Source: Octopus vulgaris (lineage: Eukaryota). Taken from it: a stretch of DNA of 64,000 bases. The stretch spans positions 6,820,001 through 6,884,000 of the forward strand of contig OX597817.1 of the NCBI GenBank assembly GCA_951406725.2, in the 5' to 3' direction. Under the pieces are notes generated by a model, which searched no databases, had not been told where the DNA came from, and saw nothing but the letters and a program-made list of their open reading frames with translations. Below, one piece after another: positions 27,197 to 40,984 of the stretch. Within the stretch, counting starts at the first letter, position 1. The number at the start of each line of letters is the position of its first letter. A program made the position numbers and the translations under genes.

Positions 27197-29376
27197 CAAT
27201 GGGTTACACATTTTTTTTTGCTCACTGGCAAGGATATAAATAGGTGATTTTTACTAATTTTAATGTGGTGAATTCAGTTTTCTGAGTAGTTTTGCTCTAT
27301 CACATATGTTGTTTTTTTTCTGTTGCTTCCATATATCCCATTTTAATTATACTGCATAAAAATTCAAAATATAATGTGTTTATTTCATCTGTTACAAACG
27401 CATATTACAGAGAAAAACCCCCAGCATAGATACAGAACGTTGATGGAACTAAATTACTTGTATTATAGAATACACACATATAATAGTACAGCAGAGTGTT
27501 GGAAGTGAGTGTTTTGAACGATCTTGTGTACTTTGCCTCCGGGATGTCACGCAAGAGCATCCAGCAAAAGTCTCCTATTATGCTGCGATTCCACTTGCCT
27601 TGCTAGTTGCTCTCCATCTTTGTAATATCTTCGTGGAATCTTTCTCAATGCTTATCACACAATGCTCCGAGCTTCAGAGGGAAGAAGATTAAGTGAGAGT
27701 GGAGAAAGTGAATTTTGTGTGATATTTAGCAATCTGTATCCTCATAAAATTGTAACAACTTTTCGATCTATTCTTGGTAAACTAGTACACGTATGTTACA
27801 AAGAGAGCCGTAGCAGACTGACTTAAATGCTTCTCGGGTTACTTTCAGATAAGACGCTCCTCAAAGTCTCTATCCTGCAGCATCTCTCTGATCTGATGTC
27901 CGACGGAAATGCCCTCCTTGAGCTCAGCAGAAGTCAGAGCTCAGAACAGAGTGCACAAGTGTTGGAAAGCATCGCCATTTTTGTCCGTGGCCTTCACGAA
28001 ATTTTTCATTGAACCAAGCTTGATATGAAGAGGAGGAAGAAGCACTTTATTCATGTCCACCAGAGGATTTTCTTGGACACTGTGTTCGCCAGGCACGAAA
28101 GTGCTCCTAGATCCCTAGAGCCTCTGCTGAGACACACCCGACTGACCCAGAGACAGAGAAAGTAACCGTATTTTGTGAAGCCAGCTTGCATACCGATGAG
28201 GAGGCCAATGACTTTGAGGTCCAAACAGAGACTCTACAGGTACTGGTTGTACTTGACAGCTTCCAAAAAGAGCTCCATATTAACATACGACTCATTCAGA
28301 TGGACTGAGTAGGCAATGGGAATGCTGGGGTATTTATTCCCATTGTGCAGGAGCACAGCCTTCAGATTTTGCTTGAAAAGGTCTTTGAAAACGCGCCAGT
28401 CTAAGCGATTGTGTGAGAAACCAATGAAGAGGAACAAGTCAGAGACACTGGTGCAGTAGCACAATCTGTTTTTTATGTGGAAGAAAGAAGCAAAGTCCTG
28501 GTTCCGTGTCCTGAAAATGGTGATCATTATATCTGCATTGACCAGGTTCCACTATCTAAGCCGGGATGCCAGGAGCTCTGATTGCTACTTAGGTAAATAC
28601 AAATCACGGTCAAGGACATTCAGGTCTTCCTGCGTGACCCAGTGGGGCTTATTGCCTCTTGCCCCAGAATAAACAGAGACATTGTCTTTAGAAGAGATCG
28701 ACTTGGCAGAAACTTCTTAATGCATTTCTTTATCTGCTGAAGGAAGACGATACTTATTTGCTGGGGGTGTGGGGACAGGGAAATCATCGCCTCATACGTG
28801 GGGAAAGTTTGGGATATTAGATCTTTTTTCTCGAAGAAGCACTGACACCTGTTATATTTGTTAGACAAAAATAACGATCATCTGCATGACTTCGTTGCTT
28901 GCTTCTGATCATCGAGACAGCAAAGTTGAAGGCTGCTTTCTTGCTGTTAAACCATGCAGTTAGTCCGTTGTAGCAGGGTTTACAACAGATGTCTGGCACG
29001 CAGGATATGTCCTGATCTCCAATTTTACAGCCAAAATAATGAAAGTATGCAGTTCTCAGGAGGGGAGTAATTGTTTGGTGCTGTACAACTGTCGTGAAAT
29101 CACCACATACGTAGCAGAATGGATTTGCATTGTTGATGCATCCTCCGTGATTTGAAGAGTCTGAAGCCATTGTAGAGTTGTGTATCGTATGCCTCACAAA
29201 AGTCTGGAAAACAAAATAAAAATTGACTTTCGTGAATAGTGGCAAAATCATGATAATAGATATCTCAAAAACTAGAGGTGATGACTGAAAACTGAGTTGG
29301 CATCTGAAAACAGCACCCCAGAATTACCCTAGAACGACTGTTTTTACGTTTGCCTCAATTTCTTTGTAAACCAGTG
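27197..29376 (-). mobile_element. Chapaev3-type (CMC) DNA transposon, terminus-complete, decayed
   Basis: Termini CAATGGGTTACA / TGTAAACCAGTG; 3-bp TSD TAA (27194-27196, 29377-29379); transposase motifs inside. Confidence 0.85.
27510..29170 (-). pseudogene. Frameshifted Chapaev3 transposase
   Basis: ATG at 29170; CINNANPFCYVCG..AYFHYFGCKIGDQD..CCKPC, YFCLTN, DWRVF..LKAVLLHNGNKYPSIPIAYSVHL, LPPLHIKLG, HFLHSHL, ERFHEDI. Confidence 0.85.
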
Positions 29377-30672
29377 TAATTCTCAACTTGGAACCAGTCT
29401 TTGATTTTCAGATATGCTTCGAAATGCTGAAAACTTAACTCGAGCAAAATCAAATTAAGTTATATTGCATAGACCAGACTGGGTTTAAAACCTCAGGCCA
29501 TTATTCTTTCGTATTTGGAAAAAGTTCTTTTGCGGAGACAAGTTCAGAAAGTTGGAATGCAGGAACAACTAACATTATGAACCACACCACTTACTGGCTA
29601 ACTATTTTATTCACCCCAGAATAAAGAAAATCAAAGTTAATCTCAGTGAGGTTTCGACTTCGAAACCAAAATGTCGAAGCATATAGAGCAAGGAGTTCTT
29701 TCCAACGCTCTACGACTCTAGAAATTTAGCACCAACACTAAATAACAAAGAAAACATTAGAAACAACAACAAATATACTCAGATCAAATGCATAAAAAAT
29801 AATAATAAGATATTAAATAAATATATTTAAATATTGGAAAACAAACAAAAACATAACGAGAGTATCGTTTTCTCTTTGCAGAAATACTGCAGATAATTAT
29901 CAGTGATCAGTCACTAATTATCGCCATGCTATTACTGAAGCAATAATGGATTTATTAATCTATTAACAATTTAAATGAATTATGGCACCTATATTTCACT
30001 ATGTCAATCGATATACCTATGATTATGGCTATCTGTTTACATCTAGGCATGCTGTGAAATAATGTGTCGCGTGTCTGATTGCCTGTGTGTATATGTGTGT
30101 GTATTCGTATCTATAATCATATATGTATGCATATGTGTGTGTGTGTGTCTCTGTGTGTGTGTGTGTGTGTGTGTGTCTGTCTATCTGTGTTTCTTTCTCT
30201 GTGTGTATAAACGCTTGTTTTAGTAGGTATCTATATATCTTGGTGTGTATCCGTCAATGTTTATAGGCACGGTGTGGCCGAATGTTTGAGAAGACTTTTA
30301 CACAATCACAACAACTTGGGTTTTATTTCATGTGTGTTATCGTGGGCAAGCGACATTTACTATAACCACAGGCCGAATCGAAAGCTGTACTTAAAAAGAG
30401 TTTTTCTGGAATAGTGTAGCAGCACGCTATATAAAGTTTGGATGCAATTTTAGTAAAAATCTTCTCATTACAATTCGCATGTGGGTATTCGTAACTCTGG
30501 AATACTCAACCACCTGTGCTGTAATTTAATGAGTCCGAATCATCTGTTGATACTTCAGAGTTGTATACGGATACCGTAAAATTACGCCTGAGCTCCTTTT
30601 TTGAATAAGTATGTGTGTGTGGGTATATATATATATAGGGAAAGTTTACGAAATTAATACACATATATACAC

Positions 30673-30707
<35 letters not shown>

Positions 30708-30787
30708 AATAAATATATATATACATGTGTGTGTATGAGGCCGTGTTGATGCGTGTGTGTGTTTGTGTTCGTGCGTGTTCATGCGCT

Positions 30788-30893
30788 GGAGTGGCTGTGT
30801 GGTAGGTAGCTTGCTTACCAACTACATGGTTCCGGGTTCAGTCTCACTGCGTTGCACTTTGGGCAAGTGTCTTCTACTATTGCCTCGGTTCGA

Positions 30894-30896
<3 letters not shown>
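30788..30896 (+). mobile_element. 5' head of CORE-like tRNA SINE (truncated)
   Basis: GGAGTGGCTGTGTGGTA..GGTTCCGGGTTCAGTCTCACTGCG..TTGGGCAAGTGTCTTCTACTA; A/B boxes. Confidence 0.8.
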
Positions 30897-30929
<33 letters not shown>

Positions 30930-31381
30930 GTAGCGTACACTTGAGTGAAATTCGTCTCGTCTCTATTATACATACATACATGCGAACGTAGCAGATAACA
31001 GCTGGCCTTTGGCCGCATTTTGGACACTGTTGTGTCCACAACTCTGATTGGTTGGTATTGGCGCAATTTGTCTCTTGCTCTATCGCGCGCCAATATGCAA
31101 CCCACCCAATCGCAGACTTAAATAAGATCGCGTGTGACAGCCTATTTTCTACCTGGTTGTGTCTATTTTTCCTTCTGGCACATATATACATTGTTCTATT
31201 TATATTCATTGTATCGACCGTGTGATGTACTACGGAGCCATTCCCATCACCTCGTTTCGCACGGACGTCATAAATCGGCGATCAATTCCAGCTCCTGGAA
31301 ACTACAAAACAATTATAATGGGGGAAGGAGATACCCCAGAGGTATTTAAAACTTCAATTCCATTATATATATGTGTGTGGG

Positions 31382-31469
<88 letters not shown>

Positions 31470-31730
31470 AAAGCAAAGAGTATTCGAAATAAGATGTCAC
31501 AATTGTTAACACTATCTACCGCGCTCAGGTTACTCGTGTTAATATTATCAATTAAAATATTTGCCATTGATGGTATTAACAACAGTAACATCTTATTTCA
31601 ATCGTAAATATTCGAATGTTTTTTGCTTATAAATATTTTGCACCATGCACTTCTGGTTTTTGGCGCAAAACAAACCAGAGCACTAATGGATTTATAATGT
31701 GTCGGATTTGGAATTGCTTGAACGATAAAT

Positions 31731-31787
31731 CATACTGAGGAAGGTGAGGCCCCTGGGCCAACACCCGAAACCATGGTGTGTCAGCAT
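31731..31787 (+). ncRNA. Minimal type I hammerhead ribozyme-like motif (PLE-associated)
   Basis: CTGAGGA (31735-41), stem II GGTG..GGCCC/GGGCC..CACC, GAAA (31767-70), CCATGG palindrome, GTC triplet (31780-82). Confidence 0.6.
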
Positions 31788-32075
31788 CTGAACAGCATAT
31801 TCTTTATACTATTATTTTAGCGCCTTGTGGCGGTTAAATTAAGACCTTAACTCGCAAATGGGTTGATAGGCTGATACACATTACGTCCTTAAGGCTTCGT
31901 GGAAACCCACTCCGCCATATCTCCATGGCGGCATCCGAAAATCAGAGTTTTATCATGGCTACAGTATAATCGTCACATATTACTTTTGCAGATAAATTCC
32001 TCTATTTACATAATATCGAGGTCTCTTTCTTTCTTTTGTTGTCTACCGTTTTTATCAATATATGTGTGTGTGTGT

Positions 32076-32139
<64 letters not shown>

Positions 32140-32313
32140 ATATACATGTACATGAATGAGGGCGTGTTGGTGCGTGTGTGTGAGTGTGTTCGTGCCTGTT
32201 CGTGCGTGTGTGAAAGAGAACATGAGAGAGAATACGAGAACTTGCACGTGTGTGCATGAGAAAGAGAAAAAGAGAGAGAAAGAGTTCGTGTGTGTGTGAG
32301 TGTATATATATAC

Positions 32314-32372
<59 letters not shown>

Positions 32373-32450
32373 GATATACATATACATATATATATATATA
32401 TGTGCGTATGAGGCCGTGTTAGTGCGCGTGCATGTTTGTGTTCCTGCACA

Positions 32451-32920
<470 letters not shown>

Positions 32921-33051
32921 AAACATTGTGTGTGCATTTGTGTTATATATGTATGTATAATTATGTACATATATATGTATATATATATATATGCATATAT
33001 ATATGCACATATATATGCATATATATATATATATATACAAAAATATATACA

Positions 33052-33097
<46 letters not shown>

Positions 33098-33404
33098 TAC
33101 ATATACACTCGCACAGCCACACAATATACGCATGTGCGCATGTACGCTTGTAAAAGTATGGGTGTGATAGGATATGCGTTGAGTTCAACATGTCCATTTC
33201 CTTATCTATATATCGATATATCGACACTTCCCTGTCTCTCATAGCATCTATAGATCTAAGTTTCTATAAACCTATACAGTTGCTTGTCTGCCTATCTGAT
33301 ATTATTCTTTCTTGCTACTCAACGATCAATCAGTCAATATTTTTATTTGCATTAATACGTACGCCAGTAGCTGTATGTATTTGTCTGTATACGTGTATAT
33401 GTGG

Positions 33405-33448
<44 letters not shown>

Positions 33449-33989
33449 CCACACATATACATATATATGTAATTACGTGTGTGCGGCGTCTGTGTAAGTA
33501 TATGCATTTGGATTAAATAATACTCATACCTTTGGGTATTTATAAATCGATAAATGTTATTTCCCAATATAATACAGATCAATTTATTCACATTGCATAC
33601 GCGCATACACACACACACGGTGTAGTAGCTGAATTAATCCGTAAACAACACACCTGTAAGTATGAGACTTCAACGTTATTGGGTGTGTAATGTTATATTC
33701 ATTACTGTTTCCTTGTCACGTACATTTTATGCTACATGCAATGCTGTAGCGCGTGTAAACATGTTTCTCTGTACTAATAACTACGCTGATCCGAAAAATA
33801 TTTTACGACGCATTCATCGTTTGAGCGTAAGTTGAGATCTACATACTTCATTGTAGGGAGTGTCTTTTCTGTATTCGCGCTAGGCATTCGCATTATTTTC
33901 ATTTTAGGTGAACTTAAATACATTTAAATTTAGACGTTTTAGTTCTGCAAAGCTTAATAAATAGCATTTAGAGTAGAAAAAGTATTCAT

Positions 33990-34270
33990 ATCGCTAATTA
34001 TATTACGGGACGAGATGAAAACAATATTTTCTGCTTTACTATTAAATCATACATACGCTTCAATATCGAGTGAAAGACGAGAAGGACGTTTCGTTTTTGT
34101 GCTGGTGCCCCACTCTGTCGTACGCGACTGTGAGGATTTGCATCCCCAACGTAAAACTTATAATGTAATACATGTCCTTGAAGTAGTAATTGTGCGCGGC
34201 TGAAGAAGGCCATAGAGACACATTATGCATTGTTATAAGTCCGTCTAATAAAGGCCCGAAACATATATAC
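33990..34270 (-). mobile_element. Probable PLE GIY-YIG endonuclease remnant
   Basis: Minus-strand fragments PLLDG..HNV, FYVG, HKNETSFS, KILF in the order expected for WFNPP-type PLE endonucleases. Confidence 0.45.
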
Positions 34271-34303
34271 CGCTGAATCCTTGGCATCATGTTTTTATTT
34301 TGA

Positions 34304-34348
<45 letters not shown>

Positions 34349-34859
34349 CATGCATGAGCGCGCACATGTTAGTGACTTCATGTGCGTGTGTATAGATACA
34401 TATACATATATATATAATTTTAATTATGTCTAAGGGTGCTGAATAGCATCTATATTGCTAGAAATAGTAGTTAAAACTGGACTAGAGATAACCACTGGAC
34501 TAGAGTAATTTCGTCTGTTAATTGCCGACGTGTTAGCACTGTGTATCTCCATTGTTTCGACGCTGAAAAAAACATGGTTTAGTTAAAAACACATTTTCAC
34601 TTCGCTAAATCAGATATAATTTTATCTACTGACAGATAAATACATATACTGACAGAGGGTTTAGCTGAACCATCCGAACAATGGGGGTAGAGACTGCTGT
34701 AGCGTCTACGATTAACAGACGAAACAAGTTTAGTCCTGTAGATTTCCAGCTTCGTGTTTATATCCGCTACAAGTGTATGTGTATCTGTATATATGTGTGT
34801 GCAGATGGAACAAGGAAGACGTGTTCTTGTCTGTCTCCTGTCCAAGCTTGATTTACGCG

Positions 34860-35185
34860 TTTACCACAACATTCTCGTTTAGGCTTAGCAGCCCTCCCTG
34901 TTTCTTTTAACTCTCCTGTTTGTGTTACCAAATTTGACCCACCCCAAAATCCAAAATTTTAGTTATTTTGCTTTGCGGGAGCAACTGTTTTATCGAAAGC
35001 GTATATTGTTGTTAGATGCTCGAAATACGAGAGTAGAAAAACAGCCATCGACTGATGAAGGGTCGTTCTTTATGATTGTTATGTTTTTCATTTGTGTCTT
35101 TCATTGTTCGACAAATAGTCCATATTCCATGTACTCGTACTTCGTATATGTTTGTTGTACACGTTTCGTGACGTCCTCTGCCCAC
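34860..35185 (+). repeat. Dispersed repeat, copy 2 (homologous to 8110-8480)
   Basis: Same shared blocks as copy 1. Confidence 0.65.
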
Positions 35186-35188
35186 ATA

Positions 35189-35223
<35 letters not shown>

Positions 35224-35288
35224 GTATAGATGTATGTACATATATGTATTTATATATGCATATATACATATGTATATGTATATATATA

Positions 35289-35327
<39 letters not shown>

Positions 35328-35330
<3 letters not shown>

Positions 35331-36402
35331 TATCTATAAAAGGGATGATGTGTGTGCGTGTGTGTACGTGATTGTAATTTATGCACGTCCACAAATTAGC
35401 ACGCATGTCGCTCAATTTATAGGAAGACATTTGTCAACGCCCTATCTGGGTTTTGTCAACTTATTTTTTTCCCCCGAGGCACCCGCGGATAGAGTAAAAA
35501 TCTATTTTCAACCATTTTCAACCATAGCTTTTAACCATAACAAATATCAACCATTCTGTTTTGATGGCGTCTAACAAAAAAAAAAAAGATAAAGAAAAGT
35601 GAAAGAAGGAGGCAGAGAGTTTCACGGGAAGGACAAAGTGAGAGAGGGAGACAGTAAGTTATGACGTTCATAAAAAATAAAATGTAAAATGTTTTGTTTT
35701 TTCTTAAACACGAGATATAGTGTTCGAATTCAGGATGTTTTTGAAAGACACTATATTTTATAATCATAGCGTATATACTTTCTGACACAACAATTACTAT
35801 ATATTTATTTTAAATCGTTCATTTGTCTCCCCTTTCTCTCCCACACACATTACTTTCGGTGCGAAAGAGTTTTGTTTTTATTTTACGCCGAGTAAAAAAG
35901 TATTTTTTTGACAATCCATTTATTTAACAACAAAGAAACAAAGAGGTGAGTAACTATTTGTCGGTGAATTACACCATATAAATGGGCACAATTTGCGAGG
36001 CTTCCACCACTCCCCACTCCGTTTCACGGACCACAAAAAGGGTTTTGAGGTTAGAGTTGTTGATGCCATGCCAAAAAAACGATTTTTTTTTCTTAGTGAA
36101 AATTGTGCGAGTGTTAATCTACAAATTTAACAACATTTTTCCCATTCATCTCTGTTTATGAACATGTATGCGTGCACAAAACATGCAATAGGTGTACGTA
36201 CGTACGTGTGTGTATGTGTGTTCGTGTCTGTTGCCCATATGTATTATATCATATTATATAGATATAATATATATATATAACTAATTTCAACGGATTTCGC
36301 CCAAATTTGACGTCTATATTACTTAGTTTGGTTGGAAATAAAGAACTTGATTAGCTTAATAATCGTAACTTGATCCCGGGCAAGGCCGGGTTATACTGCT
36401 AG
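35328..36402 (+). mobile_element. Non-autonomous Helitron
   Basis: 3' hairpin CCCGGGCAAGGCCGGG (36375-36390) then CTAG (36399-36402) followed by T; candidate 5' TC at 35328 or 35333; 5' boundary uncertain. Confidence 0.6.
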
Positions 36403-36444
<42 letters not shown>

Positions 36445-36508
36445 TCCCGGGTTGAGTCGGGGTTAACCACAGTCAATAAGGTACTCAATACATAGCAGAG
36501 TAAATTAA

Positions 36509-36638
36509 TTTATTTTATAGAAGGAGCTTCTACAGGACTAGAACTGTTTCATTCAAAAGAAATCATCAGGAAGCTTCCTGATGATTTCTTTTGAATGAAA
36601 CAGTTCTAGTCCTGTAGAAGCTCCTTCTATAAAATAAA
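36509..36638. repeat. Perfect 130-bp palindrome containing two hammerhead cores
   Basis: Exact reverse-complement symmetry about 36573/36574 with no spacer; CTGATGA..GAAA on each strand. Confidence 0.92.
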
Positions 36639-36664
36639 ATATATATATATATAGATAGATAGAT

Positions 36665-36727
<63 letters not shown>

Positions 36728-37984
36728 TGCGCTTATATAGCTCGAAACACGTTTGCTCTTATTTCTAGCAATATAGACGCTATTCAGCATCCTCCGTCAG
36801 AATTGGTGAGGTTTAAAAAATTCTTTTATAGTTCTATATTGCGCGAGGCTGCTTATATATACATATGTGTGTATATATGTGTGCATATATGTGTGTATGT
36901 GTGCGGGCGTGTGTGTTGTTAAATGCATTAATGCGTATGCATGTACCAATGAATATTCATATATGTGCGTACATTAATGTATACAAGCATTGTAATCAAG
37001 GGAAAATTATTGGCGATTATATTGTCGCAGTATTCACCCCTTCCTGAATGAAGAAAGAAAAACAAACAACAAAATCAAACCGAACATCCCTGCAGAATAT
37101 AAAGAGCTGAAATCATATAAAATATGTAGCGGCAAACTAACAACAAACACTCCCTATTTTGTACCTGTGCTTATTACAGACTTAATAAAAAGGGTTAGCA
37201 CCTTTATTGTTGGAGGGTAAAAAAATAAATAAATCTCGACCCAAGAAAGCCACAATGGAAATTAAAACCTAAATAACAATTTGGAACATTTATTCAGAAA
37301 ATAGATAGAGAAATAACTTCAGAAACAGGTAGAAATTAAGAGATTCTATTTCTGAACCCTTAATGAAACAGCATCGAATGTCCTGAAACCAGTAACTATC
37401 ACTTGCAGTTACTCTGTATACTGCCTTTATGGCAAATAAAATGAAATAAAGTAACTATCACTTGCGTACACTGCGTCAGTGTTTAAGAAAAGATACGGCA
37501 GTGGATTTACTTAAACAAAAGTTTATAACTCTGAAGCGTAAAATTGTGTTAAAGAATAAGGTGAATGTAAAAAAAAAGATCAATGTTTCACCAACAGTTA
37601 GACGATGGGAAGAATTTTAGATGAGAGTATGGGCGGTGAAGAGTTTACCACAGATGTGTATTTTAAGAACAGCAAGTGATTCAGACAAACGCTTGTACGA
37701 GCAGAGACATTTCAAAAAGGATTCAAACGCTGCTTAATGCGAAAAATTAGAACTTAGTACGAAGCCATAAAGTCTCATGTATTTGTCTGAAGTACTTAAC
37801 AGATGCATGTAAAGTGATAGTATACAAAATAAATTGTAAGAAAGAACATATAGCAAACTGAGTATCACATTGACGAGAAGACCATATTTTACATCAAGAT
37901 CAAAAATCAGTAAATAGTAAATCTACAGCGCCATAACTCACATACTTATTGGTTGAAGTAATATTGCAGACAATAGATAGTTAT

Positions 37985-38580
37985 TTCTACTCTAGGCACA
38001 AGGCCTTGAAAGTTTTTGGGGCTAGTCTATTAGATTGTTTTGGGGTCTAGTCTATTAGATTGATCCCAGTGTGTAACTGGTACTTATTTAATCAACTCCG
38101 AAAGGATGAAAGGCAAAGTCGACCTCGGCGGAATTTGTACTCAGAAAGTAGCTACAGACGAAATACCTATTTCTGTACTGCCCACAAGGGGCTAAACGCA
38201 GAGGGGACGGACAAGGACAGACACACACGGATTAAGTCGATAATTTTGACCCCAGTGCGTAACTGGTACTTATTTAATCGACCCCGAAAGGATGATAGGG
38301 AAAGTCGACCTCGGTGGAATTTGAAATCACAACGTAACGGCAGACGAAATAGTTATTTCTTTACTACCCACAAGCGGTTAAACACAGAGAGGACAAATAA
38401 GGACAGACAAACGGATTACGTCGATTGTATCGACCCCAGTGCGTAACTGGTACTTAATTTATCGACCCCCTTAAGGATGAAAGGCAAAGTCGACCTCAGC
38501 AGAATTTGAACTCAGAACGTAACGGCAGACGAAATACCGCTAAGCACTTCGCCTGGCGTGCTAACAATTCTGCCAGCCCA
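37985..38580 (-). mobile_element. Tandem trimeric Nin-domain tRNA SINE
   Basis: One head (38520-38580) and three CCCAGTGYGTAACTGGTACTT..AAGGATGA..AAAGTCGACCTC units ~185 bp apart. Confidence 0.85.
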
Positions 38581-39494
38581 TAGCCTTGCAGAGAATAAAT
38601 AATAACGTCGAAATATTTCAGACAGTGTTACACAAATTATCGGTGAATGTGTTACTATTAATCAGAAAACCCCTGACTCGGGATTCTCTTTACTACTAAA
38701 GACAAGTGCCTCCCATTCTATCAAGTCTACAGCTACATGCTGACATGTTTCCCAATAACTTCAGTAACCTTACTGGAGGGCAACTTACCTTTTCGCTTCA
38801 CCTTTCTATGAAACTGAACCTCAAAGATGTTTATGAAGGTTTTACCTAAGAGATAAGTGTTTAGCCTTGCTGGTTTCAAATACGTGCACCATAAAATACA
38901 CCACTCTACACAATACTGTTGAACCTTGCTAACCACAAAAAAAAATATGCGGGATAATAGCCATGATGTGCTCAGTGATTGTCAATTAGTTCTTACACGT
39001 GACACTAGTAATTTCACAAATCTCTACACGTCAGCATAGCGCTCAAAACGCGACTTTGACTATCTCGGATGAAAGACCACCAGTGTGAGTATGTCGCGAG
39101 CAAGCAATGGTCTGAAAATAGTCTTATCAAATCATTTTTCACTGTAGTCCTAGTACGTAATACTACGGATAAGGTCAACATCCTACAAATGATCAATACC
39201 TGTTTTTACGCTCCTCGAATGATGTATGCCGTAAATAACTAAGTCTACCAAGGAAGATTTGAATGTTCAATGTATTTGGTCAAAGCAAAATACACAAGAG
39301 ATTCAATGACTTCCTTTTTTAGTGACTGCCATTCTCTTATTAATATTAACTATAACAATAATATCAATATTAATAATGATAACACTGATAATGATAATAA
39401 CAACAACAATAAGAAGAATAGATAAGATTACTATTTGTATGATTTTCATGAAAGTACCATTAGTAGATTAATATATTGGATACTAAATTACATC

Positions 39495-39574
<80 letters not shown>

Positions 39575-39595
39575 GTATGTATATATATATATATG

Positions 39596-39668
<73 letters not shown>

Positions 39669-40095
39669 GTATGTATATATGTATGTATGTATGTATGTAT
39701 ACATATTACATAGGCAAATAATTAATAAGAGCAACAGAAAGAACAAAGCAGAAATATCAACAGGAACAGTAGGAGGAGCCATAGAATGGCAATCAAAACC
39801 AACAACAACGAGTTATTATGATAAATATTTGAAGACTATATTACTTTACAAGTACACGTATGGTTACAGAAACACAGATTTATACACATCTGCCAAGATA
39901 ACCACGCATACACAAGCCAGCTTCTTATTTCTTATATATGAATTTATTTATGAATATATGCACATAAAATATATACACATACGTACAAGAATACACACTC
40001 TCACATATGTTTGCCTGTATGTATGTATGTATGTATGTATGTATGTATGTATGTATGTATGTATGTATGTATGTATGTATGTATGTATGTAGGTA

Positions 40096-40984
40096 CGAGG
40101 TGGTATCAAAAAGTTCCAGGCTGGTTATGTTTAATAAAAAATAACTTGTGTACCTAAGTTATAACATCGTCTCCTACGATATAGTCACCTTGCACAGCAA
40201 AACACCTGACACTTTCGGAAACTGGCTGGAAGTCGTTTTCTGCAAGTGAATCAAGGACCGTTTGCAATTTTCTCTGAATCTGATCAACGGTATTAAAAAG
40301 TGTGACCTATGAGCAGCGTTTTTCTCTCGGGGACGAGATGGAAGTCCGCAGGTGCTAAATGTGGCAAATAGGCGGGTGAGGAAGTTTTACCATGTTGTTT
40401 TCGGTGAGAAATTCACGAGTGAGGCGAGCTCAGTAACAGGGTGCATTGTTGTCATGAAGAATCCAGTTCTTCACGCTTCAGAGACGCGCTCACTTTCATC
40501 GAATGTCCTCCCTCAACCGCTTGAAAACGTCGCAGTAGAACTCTCGATTGACGGCCTGCCCTTGAGGGAAGAATTCTCGCTGCACAATATCCCATATTCG
40601 GGAGCAACGCTCGTGGCAGAACTTCCAGATCAGTCATCGAATTCAAGGGACGTTCTTCCGTTCAAAACATTGTTTCCCATCCATTGCCTCGTCTCTGTAA
40701 GCTCGCCGAAGCATGCTCAAAATCTCAGTAGCAGACTTTCCAAGTTTAATGCAAAATTTCACGTTGGCTCTTTGATCCAACGTCCTGTCCATAACAAAAA
40801 TCGCAGACGATAGAATACACATAACCACAACACACATTTCACAACTTGCGAAGTAAACACAGCGATGTCACTCGGCACACTGCCTCATGGAGGTCACTGC
40901 CAGCTCCTACTCCACGCGCATCCGTGTGCTGCTCTCTGTTGGTGCGCTACAGATCTAGTCCGAGAACTTCATGATGCCACCGCA
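40096..40984 (-). mobile_element. Internally deleted mariner element
   Basis: TA-flanked TIRs CGAGGTGGTATCAAAAAGTTCC / GAACTTCATGATGCCACCGCA; HTH QRANVKFCIKLGKSATEILSMLRRAY; HDNAP and HLAPADF motifs. Confidence 0.85.

Noticed and set aside
31235-31275. Minus-strand ATGACGTCCGTGCGAAACG as a hammerhead
   Set aside because: The core lacks CUG and stem II is too weak to support
38600-39010. Possible DNA-transposase C-terminal remnant
   Set aside because: No diagnostic motif or terminus found
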